From a virus: 64,000 nucleotides of DNA. A program made the translations under genes and the position numbers. Numbering within the stretch: position 1 is the stretch's first letter; every line of letters begins with the position of its first letter. Shown here piece by piece: positions 5,915 through 12,939 of this stretch. The notes below the pieces were generated by a model, which saw only the letters and a program-made list of their open reading frames with translations, was not told the DNA's origin and searched no databases. The stretch covers positions 47,630 through 111,629 of IMG/VR virus record IMGVR_UViG_3300033233_000014, one strand, 5' to 3'.

Positions 5915-6287
5915 TGGAGGCGGCGAGATTTGCACTCGCGTCTCAAAGACCTTCGCCCGAAGCCTCTACGCGCGTGTCCCTGCTTCTCGTCTTTCCTCGG
6001 GCGCAGGACAGCCCATCGTCAGGCGTCTCTTGCCAAGCACCCAGTCTTTCCTGGGTGTCAGACCCTGGTGCCTTCCCTGCGCCGGGCCGTGCGCAAGGCG
6101 GGGTTGCTCGAGGTCGGCTAGGCCGCGAGCCGCAGGCCCCGAGCCGCGTGAGCGGCCCGGAAGTCCACGGTGGTCACCTTGAGGTGACTGGCTGATGAAT
6201 TGTGGTCCGCTTGTTGACGGGGCCTGCTGACCAACCCCGGCGCGCATCCCCGGACTCCGATCTCCGATCGAAAACTAGTTCGCCCCC
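5915..6287 (-). ncRNA. ssrA: tmRNA
   Basis: 5' GGGGGCGAA..TTCGA; 3' T arm plus CGCCTCC-A with G3:U70; internal frame ending ...RGLRLAA-TAG (6192-6118); 373 nt. Confidence 0.92.
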
Positions 6288-6291
6288 ATGC

Positions 6292-6367
6292 TGGTACTCC
6301 CGAGGGGATTCGAACCCCACGTTTCCACCGTGAGAGGGTGGCGTCCTGCCGGCTAGACGACGGGAGC
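6292..6367 (-). tRNA. tRNA-Glu(CUC)
   Basis: CCACC-CT CTC AC-GGTGG; CCA. Confidence 0.93.
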
Positions 6368-6466
6368 ATTGCGGCGAGGCGGCGCCGCGCCGGAGAGGGC
6401 CACGAGAGTTGCACCCGCGCGCCAGCAAGCATGGCATGCCTGCTGGCGTCATCTCTGATCCTTCCC

Positions 6467-6502
6467 TGGTGGATCCGGTGGGACTCGAACCCACGCGAAC
6501 CC
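6467..6502 (-). ncRNA. 36-nt tRNA minihelix with alanine identity (candidate)
   Basis: GGGTTCG-C-GTGGG-TTCGAGT-CCCAC-CGGATCC-ACCA: 7-bp acceptor with G3:U70, T arm, A73, CCA. Confidence 0.65.
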
Positions 6503-6508
6503 GTGTTA

Positions 6509-6584
6509 TGGTTGCCCGGGAGGGATTCGCACCCTCAGCCTCGTCCTTAAGAGGGACTTGCTCCGCTAGTTGAGCTACCGAGCA
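6509..6584 (-). tRNA. tRNA-Lys(CUU)
   Basis: GTCC-CT CTT AA-GGAC; ACCA; T-loop TGCGAAT. Confidence 0.87.
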
Positions 6585-6596
6585 TCTGAAAGTCTC

Positions 6597-6672
6597 TGGC
6601 TCCACGGGTAGGGCTCGAACCTACATCATCCTGGGTAACAGCCAGGCGCTCAGCCAGTTGAGCTACCGTGGA
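6597..6672 (-). tRNA. tRNA-Asn(GUU)
   Basis: CCTGG-CT GTT AC-CCAGG; GCCA. Confidence 0.93.
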
Positions 6673-6677
6673 CCGGA

Positions 6678-6752
6678 TGGTCACGCCGAGAGGAGTCGAA
6701 CCTCTTTGGCAGGATCCGTAGTCCTGTGCCTGATCCGATCGGCCACGGCGTG
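6678..6752 (-). tRNA. tRNA-Arg(ACG)
   Basis: CAGGA-CT ACG GA-TCCTG; ACCA. Confidence 0.92.
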
Positions 6753-6798
6753 AATGCAGACGCGGTGTTCGCGCACCGCGCCCACTCGAACGTCTCGT

Positions 6799-6814
6799 CG
6801 AACTGTCAGAGAAC
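6799..6814 (-). promoter_or_regulatory. boxA-like antitermination element
   Basis: GTTCTCTGACAGTTCG after a hairpin, just downstream of a promoter; near-copy at 7356-7371. Confidence 0.55.
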
Positions 6815-6859
6815 CTCGGTCAAGTCGCGCCTCGGCGCTCGACCACGCACGAAACCTGG

Positions 6860-6888
6860 ATTCTACCACATCAGCGAATCTTTGTCAA
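6860..6888 (-). promoter_or_regulatory. sigma70-type promoter of the tRNA array
   Basis: TTGACA-17 bp-TAGAAT with extended -10 TG. Confidence 0.85.
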
Positions 6889-6893
6889 GACGC

Positions 6894-6981
6894 TGGTGGG
6901 CCGTGGTGGAGTTGAACCACTTGCTCGCCGCTCCCCATATCAGAGCGACCGCTTTACAGGCGGCCGGGGAGAACACGTCCC
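6894..6981 (-). tRNA. tRNA-Tyr(GUA) lacking a canonical D arm
   Basis: GCCGC-CT GTA AA-GCGGT; T arm and ACCA normal; only about 10 nt between acceptor and anticodon stems; long variable region. Confidence 0.75.
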
Positions 6982-7054
6982 GGTGGGCCCGGAGGGAGTC
7001 GGACCCTCGCCTTCCGGTTAAAAGCCGGCTGCTCGGCCGCTGAGCTACGGACCC
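6982..7054 (-). tRNA. tRNA-Lys(UUU)
   Basis: CCGG-CT TTT AA-CCGG; ends ACC abutting tRNA-Tyr. Confidence 0.87.
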
Positions 7055-7124
7055 GCGTGGACTACGCGGCCCGTTTCGCCAGCGCGGCGCCGGCCCCGGT
7101 ATAGCCCACCGCCGCGGCGCGCCC

Positions 7125-7199
7125 TGGTTGCCGCGGCTGGGGTCGAACCAGCAGCCCCCCGCATGTCAAACGGGTGCTCTTCCGCTGAGCTACGCGACA
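7125..7199 (-). tRNA. tRNA-Val(GAC)
   Basis: CCCGT-TT GAC AT-GCGGG; ACCA. Confidence 0.9.
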
Positions 7200-7207
7200 C
7201 CCGATGC

Positions 7208-7282
7208 TGGTAGCGGGGGCGAGGATCGAACTCGCGAACTCCAGCTTATGAGGCTGGCATGATACCGCTTCACCACCCCGCG
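7208..7282 (-). tRNA. tRNA-Met(CAU), initiator-like acceptor
   Basis: CCAGC-CT CAT AA-GCTGG; CGCGGGG acceptor with C1/U72 mismatch. Confidence 0.88.
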
Positions 7283-7355
7283 ATAGGGACGTGCTCACGG
7301 CGCCGTGCAGGGGGTCGCCTTGCACGGGCGCCGTGGTCACGCCCACGGATCGACA

Positions 7356-7371
7356 CGAACTGTCAAGGAAC
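7356..7371 (-). promoter_or_regulatory. boxA-like antitermination element
   Basis: GTTCCTTGACAGTTCG after hairpin CGAGAG/CTCTCG, upstream of the first tRNA. Confidence 0.55.
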
Positions 7372-7491
7372 GCCGAGAGACTACCCGGGCTCTCGTCGCC
7401 AGGTTGCTGCGCGGAATCTTCGTCTGGCATCGCAGGGAGTGTAACACCTGCGCCGGCCGGAAGGTTCACGAAACTGGACGAAAGTGCCCGC

Positions 7492-7965
7492 TCACCCACA
7501 CCGGCTGTTCCGCGACTCCCCCAGCATCTCGAGCGCCAGATCCACCTGGGCCTCCGACCAGCGCCCCTCGCGTTCCCAGTTATCAAGCATGTTCCAAGCG
7601 ATCTGGCGGCGCCGGCCCCGCAGCCCCATCGCGGCGACCGTCAGGAGTTCGTAGATCATCACGGTGAAGTCGTCCACGAGCATGCGCTCGACGAGCACGC
7701 CGTCCGTGATCCGCCTCCGGAGTTGGATCTCGACCATCGGCGGCAGCACGAAGCCCCGCGCGATGTGCTCCCGGCAGAGGCGCACGAAGCCATCATCGTC
7801 GCCGATCGGCTCGCCCTGGAGCACCAGCGCACACTCGAGGCCCTGCAGGTGCTCCAGCAGCCCCGCGTGGCGCTCCCGCGCTTGGGCCACCCGCCCTTCG
7901 ACGCGCGCCTCGGCGTGGGCTTCGCGCCGGCGCCGCCGCATCCGAGGATCGGTGCGCGGATCCAT
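7492..7965 (-). CDS. hypothetical protein
   Basis: ORF with start overlapping the upstream stop; MDPRTDP... Confidence 0.65.
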   Translation of the reverse strand: MDPRTDPRMRRRRREAHAEARVEGRVAQARERHAGLLEHLQGLECALVLQGEPIGDDDGFVRLCREHIARGFVLPPMVEIQLRRRITDGVLVERMLVDDFTVMIYELLTVAAMGLRGRRRQIAWNMLDNWEREGRWSEAQVDLALEMLGESRNSRCG

Positions 7966-8174
7966 CAGGCCGCCACCGCGATCTCGGCGATGATCTTGTG
8001 GCACTTGACGCAGGCCACCCGCACGACGCCCTGCCCCACCACGTAGGACGCCTCGACGGCGGCCCGTGGATGGCAGCGCCCGTGGAAGAACATCTCGGGG
8101 TGGGCGTGTCCATCCGCACAGTCCAGGCACCCGCCGCCCATCGCCTTGTCGAGTTGCTTCTTGTTCAGCGCCAT
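7965..8174 (-). CDS. small Cys/His-rich hypothetical protein
   Basis: MALNKKQLD...CLDC...CVKC; coupled start/stop. Confidence 0.65.
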   Translation of the reverse strand: MALNKKQLDKAMGGGCLDCADGHAHPEMFFHGRCHPRAAVEASYVVGQGVVRVACVKCHKIIAEIAVAA

Positions 8175-8833
8175 CAGCGTCCTCCTCGCGCCAGCCTGTT
8201 CGGCACGATGGGCTGGTGCAGCCAATGTTCATCCGTCTGGACATGCTCCGCGCGCACGAACTTCGCCACCGATCGCTCGAAGTCCGCATCGGCGAACTCG
8301 TCGGACACGCGCACGACCACGCCCTCGATCTCGTCGCCGAAGGTCGGCCCCGCGCTCCGGATGAGGCCCGCGGTGAAGCGATCGACGGCTGCGCCGTCCG
8401 GCAGTTTGAACTGCGCCAGCGTCGGGACGACCTGCAAGTCGAGGCCGAGCGCGAGGCCGATGGTATCGGCCACACTCAGCCAGACGTGCCGCACCTCGTC
8501 CCGCGCCCCGAAGATGAGGAAGTAGGACGGGAGATCCCAGTACGCGATCGAGTGCCGCGCGTAGAGCCACTCCCCGAAGAGGGACACGCCGGCCGGGATC
8601 CGATGCCGAACTTCCGCCCACAGCGCCTTCGCCCGATTGAAGGAGGCATGCGTCGGCGGCCCCTCGTGCGACCGCGCGAAGATGCCCTCGCGCGTGAAGC
8701 AGCAGTTCGACCCGTCCATCTTCTCGGAGAAGTGGAGCAGCCGCCCCGCGAGGGCGCCCGCCGACTCGAGCCGGAGATCGTCCCGCGCCTCGGCGGGGCT
8801 CGACGGCAGATGCGCGATCCGCGGATACTTCAC
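8174..8833 (-). CDS. ATP-dependent RNA ligase, Rnl2-like family
   Basis: KYPRIAHLP N-terminus, motif I EKMDGSN, FGEW, EGVVVR, AKFV. Confidence 0.87.
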   Translation of the reverse strand: MKYPRIAHLPSSPAEARDDLRLESAGALAGRLLHFSEKMDGSNCCFTREGIFARSHEGPPTHASFNRAKALWAEVRHRIPAGVSLFGEWLYARHSIAYWDLPSYFLIFGARDEVRHVWLSVADTIGLALGLDLQVVPTLAQFKLPDGAAVDRFTAGLIRSAGPTFGDEIEGVVVRVSDEFADADFERSVAKFVRAEHVQTDEHWLHQPIVPNRLARGGR

Positions 8834-9015
8834 GCCGGCCCCGTCGGTTCCCAGACATCGGTGCGCGTCCCGTCCTGCTCGAGGTAGACCTCCTTCGTCG
8901 CCCCGCACCGGCAGGTGAAGAAGTAGTCACACGCCTGCGCGGCACCCTTCCCGTCCTCGTGCCACGCATGCGCGTGCGCCGGCTTCGGCAGGGGCTTCTT
9001 GGCCTTCGAGTTCAT
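8830..9015 (-). CDS. hypothetical protein
   Basis: short coupled ORF MNSKAKK... Confidence 0.55.
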   Translation of the reverse strand: MNSKAKKPLPKPAHAHAWHEDGKGAAQACDYFFTCRCGATKEVYLEQDGTRTDVWEPTGPA

Positions 9016-9431
9016 GCGCCCTCCTTGGCGAGCCGCACCAAGAGGCCGAAGACCGGCGTCTCGATGGGTAGCGGCTCGCCGGATATGTCGAGCCAGATCG
9101 TCGTCATCCCCGCGAACGGCGGCAACTTCGGCAGGCCGCTGCACAGATCCGACGCCACGATAACCAACCCCGGGCCCGGCGGCGCCCATCGCTGCAGGCG
9201 CTTGAACACGCAGCAGATGTCCGTGCCTCCGCCCCCGATGTTCTCCTTGAAGGGCCACCGGCCGGTGAACTCGGCCTCGATCTCGGCCCGCACCTCGGTA
9301 TCGAAGGCGTAGTAGTGCGCGCGGGTGAACCCGAGCGCCCGCGCGATCTCCTCGGCCTTGCGGATGCCCCGCTCCGCCAAGTCCGGCGGGATCGACCCCG
9401 ACACATCGAACGCGATCACGCACTTGCTCAT
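9012..9431 (-). CDS. stand-alone vWA-domain protein (DUF2201 C-terminal-like)
   Basis: FDVSGS, FDT, GGGGTD, ASD MIDAS-type motifs. Confidence 0.75.
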   Translation of the reverse strand: MSKCVIAFDVSGSIPPDLAERGIRKAEEIARALGFTRAHYYAFDTEVRAEIEAEFTGRWPFKENIGGGGTDICCVFKRLQRWAPPGPGLVIVASDLCSGLPKLPPFAGMTTIWLDISGEPLPIETPVFGLLVRLAKEGA

Positions 9432-9841
9432 GCCGTCCTCCGTGCCTTGCGCTCGCGTGACACCTTCCGCTCGAGGCTCTCCCGCAGCGCCCGCACCACC
9501 GCCCGCTTCTTCGCCGGCTCCTGCCACGTCCCGAACCACGCGGCATCCCGCTCGATCTTCTTGAGCGCCCGGACGGCCCGCGAGTAGAGCCGCTGCTCCT
9601 CGGCCTCGTAGTGCAGGCCGATGACGCCGCGCGTCTCCTGCCGCAGCCGCCTGGTGCCCTCGTACCCCGTCGCCGCATCGAGCACCTCGGCCGCCGCGAT
9701 GACCTCGACGTACTCGTAGTGGTTCAGCCCGGTGCCTGTCCGCAGCGCCTGCCGCACCTTCCTGGCGATCTCGCTCTGGACTCCGCCGAGCCAGTCGAGC
9801 GCCGTGTCGTCTTGGAACGGTTGATCTCCCCATGCACCCAT
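9428..9841 (-). CDS. DUF4259-like protein
   Basis: MGAWGxxxFxDDxALDW N-terminus. Confidence 0.75.
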   Translation of the reverse strand: MGAWGDQPFQDDTALDWLGGVQSEIARKVRQALRTGTGLNHYEYVEVIAAAEVLDAATGYEGTRRLRQETRGVIGLHYEAEEQRLYSRAVRALKKIERDAAWFGTWQEPAKKRAVVRALRESLERKVSRERKARRTA

Positions 9842-9851
9842 CGTCGTCCTC

Positions 9852-10094
9852 CTACTTCCGCCGCCCGCGGCAGCCCTCGCACGCCTCCGTGATGCCGAGA
9901 TCCGCGACCTCGGCCAGGAACGCCGCCACGTCCGCTGCGCTCAACCGCCGCACCTTCCGGCCCGAGATGTCGCGCCCTGTGTAGGTCGCCGACACCCCGG
10001 AGCACCGCCCGTGCAGGATGCGCCCATTGTCGCCCTCGTACAACGCCTCCGGCGCGAGCACCACCTTGTCCTCGGGCAGCACGCGAGGCTTCAC
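9852..10094 (-). CDS. hypothetical protein
   Basis: coupled ORF, GTG start. Confidence 0.55.
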   Translation of the reverse strand: MKPRVLPEDKVVLAPEALYEGDNGRILHGRCSGVSATYTGRDISGRKVRRLSAADVAAFLAEVADLGITEACEGCRGRRK

Positions 10095-10315
10095 GCCGCC
10101 CTCCGCGCCGCGCCCTGGATCTCGGCGACGTACACATCCCCGTACTCGCCATCCGGGCAGATCGGGGTGATGACGATGCAGAACCACCGGGCGTAGGGCT
10201 TGGCGTCGTCCACTTGGTACTTCTTGAGCACCCGCCACTCCCACGTCCCGTCCGCCGAACGCCAGACCTCGTAGGGCTGGTCCTTCGGCCGCGTCTTCCC
10301 GCACAGGTTCTTCAT
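10091..10315 (-). CDS. phage hypothetical protein
   Basis: AAGGAGG SD, directly after a promoter; WEWRVLKKYQ...YARWFC. Confidence 0.75.
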   Translation of the reverse strand: MKNLCGKTRPKDQPYEVWRSADGTWEWRVLKKYQVDDAKPYARWFCIVITPICPDGEYGDVYVAEIQGAARRAA

Positions 10316-10339
10316 TGGCTGTCCTCCTTGACTGCTGAG

Positions 10340-10368
10340 ATTGTACCCGATACACGATTCTTTGTCAA
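10340..10368 (-). promoter_or_regulatory. sigma70-type phage promoter
   Basis: TTGACA-17-TACAAT with ATCGGG before the -10. Confidence 0.85.
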
Positions 10369-10393
10369 GTCTGATTCTGGATTTCCGCCGGCC

Positions 10394-10897
10394 CTACGCC
10401 ACCGCCCGGACGAGTTCCGACCCGCGCTCGTTCCGCACGATCTCCCACCCGACGGGGACGCCGGCCTCCATCGCCAGGGCGAACCCCGGCTGCCACTCGG
10501 CATCGCCCCCGTCTGTCACCACGCAGAGCGCCTCCCCGAGGTGGTACTTGAGCGCCACGAGGCACGCCTGCACCACCACGTCGTAGGGCGCCCGCTCCGT
10601 CTTGCAGAAGGCGAAGCACCGACCGTCGCCGTGTCCCTGTTCCTGGCGGTACAGCGCCCGCGTCCGCAGGATTGCGTCGGCCTCCCGCTCGATCTCGAAG
10701 GGCTCACACCCCTGCTCCCCGTTGAACGCCACCCGCGTACCGTTGGCAACAGGCTTCCGCTGGTGGTCGTACTTCCCCACCAGCCGGATCCCGCGCGCTC
10801 GCGCTGCCGCGAAGACCTTGGCGCAGTCCGCCGCCGCCGCTCGGAACGCCCCCGCGTCGAGATCGGGCGTCCGGTACCAGTAGTTCGTGTAGCCCAT
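10394..10897 (-). CDS. conserved phage hypothetical protein
   Basis: MGYTNYW...FCKT..xPYD..V pattern. Confidence 0.72.
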   Translation of the reverse strand: MGYTNYWYRTPDLDAGAFRAAAADCAKVFAAARARGIRLVGKYDHQRKPVANGTRVAFNGEQGCEPFEIEREADAILRTRALYRQEQGHGDGRCFAFCKTERAPYDVVVQACLVALKYHLGEALCVVTDGGDAEWQPGFALAMEAGVPVGWEIVRNERGSELVRAVA

Positions 10898-11514
10898 TAG
10901 GCCACCTCCCGCGCGATCACGAACGGCCCCTTCGGGCCGACGCCCTGCGCCCCGGCGAACGTCGCCTGCAGCACACGCCAGAGCGCCGGGCGCTGCGCGC
11001 CCGGGATCAGGTTGACCTTCGCCTCGCCGTCCCACCGGCGCCCGGGGACGTTCCGCACCGCCGCCACGAACGCGGGGTTCCACGCCGTCCGCACCGCGAG
11101 CATCCCGTCGGGCCGCTCCTCGATCCGCACCGTGCAGAGCCGCTCCTGCACCACGTCGGCGAGCGCCGTGTACCCGAGGAGGCGAAGCCCGTGCGTCGCC
11201 GCAATCGCAAGCGGCAGCGCTTCCGTGCTGGCGAAGTGAACCAGCAGGTTCGCCGCCTTGCGCGAGTCGTTCGCCAGGATCGCGCACTCGACGCGCGAGG
11301 CGAACTCGACGACCTCGAGCGTGTTCTCGGCATTGATCAGCGCCTCGACCACCGGCCGCATCTGCGCCTCACTACAGGGGTAGGCGTCCTCGTACTGGTA
11401 CTTGCGGCGGCACACGGGGCCGATCCCGAACTCGATGCTCGTCGCATCGACCAGCGGACGCCCGCAGGCGCAGCAGGTTGAGGCCACCTTCGGCTGCCAC
11501 TTCGTCGTGTTCAT
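10897..11514 (-). CDS. DUF6011-like zinc finger plus HARP-like C-terminal domain
   Basis: CCACGRPLVDATSIEFGIGPVC; AWNPAFVAAVRNVPGRRWD. Confidence 0.72.
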   Translation of the reverse strand: MNTTKWQPKVASTCCACGRPLVDATSIEFGIGPVCRRKYQYEDAYPCSEAQMRPVVEALINAENTLEVVEFASRVECAILANDSRKAANLLVHFASTEALPLAIAATHGLRLLGYTALADVVQERLCTVRIEERPDGMLAVRTAWNPAFVAAVRNVPGRRWDGEAKVNLIPGAQRPALWRVLQATFAGAQGVGPKGPFVIAREVA

Positions 11515-11533
11515 GTTGTCCTCCATGTCCCAA

Positions 11534-11562
11534 ATCATACCCGATGCCTGTACTTTTGTCAA
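11534..11562 (-). promoter_or_regulatory. sigma70-type phage promoter
   Basis: TTGACA-17-TATGAT with ATCGGG. Confidence 0.85.
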
Positions 11563-11648
11563 GGTGGAATCCAGAAGAAAAGCCGCTGGCGAGCCGGAAC
11601 GTAAGTCCCGGCCCGTCAACGGCTTCTGTGGACGCTCTGGACGCTGCT

Positions 11649-12215
11649 CTACTCGCGCTTCGCGGGACGCTTCTTGCCGATGCCGTTCTTGCCGAAGCGC
11701 TCGCGGCGCTTGGCCCACGCCCGCTTCGCCGCATCGGCACGCTCCGCCTTCGTCCGCTTCGGCTCGGCCGGGCGCGCCTTCGGCCGCTCGGCCTTGGGCT
11801 TCTCGGCCTTCGCCTTCGCGGGCTTGGCGGGCGTCTTCGTCTTCATCGCCTTCACCTTCGCCTCCTTCACCGCGGCCTCCGCAGGGGCCGGGCTCTCGGG
11901 CGCGGCCGGCGCCGGTGTCTCCACCACCGTCTCGCCCGCCTTCGCCCCACCGTTCGCCTTCGCCACGCTCTCCTCCTTCGGCGCGATTCTCGCGTCGCGC
12001 CACGTCTTGCCGTTGAGTTCACGCACCCAACCCGCGCCGAGCCCGCACGCACAGGCGGGCCCGGTGTTCTTCTCGACCGCCTCCTTGACCGACATCTTCC
12101 ACCGCCGGAAGCCGTCCAGGTCGTAGACGCGATGCTGCCCGAGCGCGAAGCCGTGCATGTCCTGCACATGGAAGGTGCCGTCGGCCCCGCGTCGAACCTC
12201 GTGTGTCACGTTCAT
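11649..12215 (-). CDS. Lys/Ala/Pro-rich histone-H1-like protein
   Basis: PAKPAKAKAEKPK low-complexity tail; C-terminal AAKRAWAKRRE. Confidence 0.7.
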   Translation of the reverse strand: MNVTHEVRRGADGTFHVQDMHGFALGQHRVYDLDGFRRWKMSVKEAVEKNTGPACACGLGAGWVRELNGKTWRDARIAPKEESVAKANGGAKAGETVVETPAPAAPESPAPAEAAVKEAKVKAMKTKTPAKPAKAKAEKPKAERPKARPAEPKRTKAERADAAKRAWAKRRERFGKNGIGKKRPAKRE

Positions 12216-12457
12216 CGCGGCGCTCCTTCCGGCACAATCACCTCGGTGTCATGACGCAGATGGAACCGCGCGAGGGTGACATGCCGTCCCGTCGCGTTCG
12301 CGGCCTCCTGGGCGAAGCGCCGCAGGAGATCGAGGCGCGCCTTGTCCGCCGCCACGAGCGGCATCCAGCCCATGCTGGTGTGCCACGCGACGACGCCCTC
12401 CTCGCCATCGGCCTCGGTCGCCAGGAAGGCGAAGATCTCCTCGATGTGGAACGGCAC
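12212..12457 (-). CDS. hypothetical protein
   Basis: ORF ...IFAFLA...EGV...MPLVAAD; start uncertain. Confidence 0.6.
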   Translation of the reverse strand: MPFHIEEIFAFLATEADGEEGVVAWHTSMGWMPLVAADKARLDLLRRFAQEAANATGRHVTLARFHLRHDTEVIVPEGAPR

Positions 12458-12459
12458 CG

Positions 12460-12858
12460 CTACGACATCCTCGCTTCCGCCCGTGCCTCGGCCAGCGCCT
12501 CCCGACGCGCATCGGCATCGGTGAAGTCCGGCCGTCCCTTCGGACCGTCCCCACTCTTCGTGATCCAGCCTGCCGGCACACGCCAGATGCGGTAGGCGCC
12601 GAAGTCGACGGTGACGCGCTTCTGCCCCAGGTTGGTCACGCGCCCCGGCGTGCCCTTCGGCAGCCGCCGCTGGTCCGCCTGCGCCATCACCACGTTGTCG
12701 CCCTTCTTGAACGCCACCAGCGCGAGCCGGTCCCGCTGCGCGTGCCGCGCCTTCATCTCGTCCCACAGCGCCCGCGCCGCCTGCTCGATCTCCGCCTCGT
12801 CCGGACACTCCTGCGCCAGCCGCAGCACCTTCTCCGCCAACGTCAGTCTCGATCCCAT
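12460..12858 (-). CDS. hypothetical protein (SH3-like barrel likely)
   Basis: GGAGG SD; FKKGDNV...GRVTNLGQKRVTV...WRVP. Confidence 0.7.
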   Translation of the reverse strand: MGSRLTLAEKVLRLAQECPDEAEIEQAARALWDEMKARHAQRDRLALVAFKKGDNVVMAQADQRRLPKGTPGRVTNLGQKRVTVDFGAYRIWRVPAGWITKSGDGPKGRPDFTDADARREALAEARAEARMS

Positions 12859-12898
12859 CGCCGTCCTCCTTCCGTCGTCCCTATTGACGTTGACCCCT

Positions 12899-12927
12899 AT
12901 ATTACTACTTTCGTCAAGAGAAGTCAA
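12899..12927 (-). promoter_or_regulatory. sigma70-type promoter
   Basis: TTGACT-17-TAATAT. Confidence 0.7.
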
Positions 12928-12939
12928 GTCCACAAGCCC

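Noticed and set aside
7058-7108. GGGCUAU/GUAGUCC-A stem with a G:U at position 3, a possible further tRNA mimic
   Set aside because: No T-loop or CCA and a very GC-rich interior; could be chance
1425-7300. Many short ORFs over the tRNA array
   Set aside because: They overlap clear tRNA/tmRNA genes; only 5248-5862 has protein motifs
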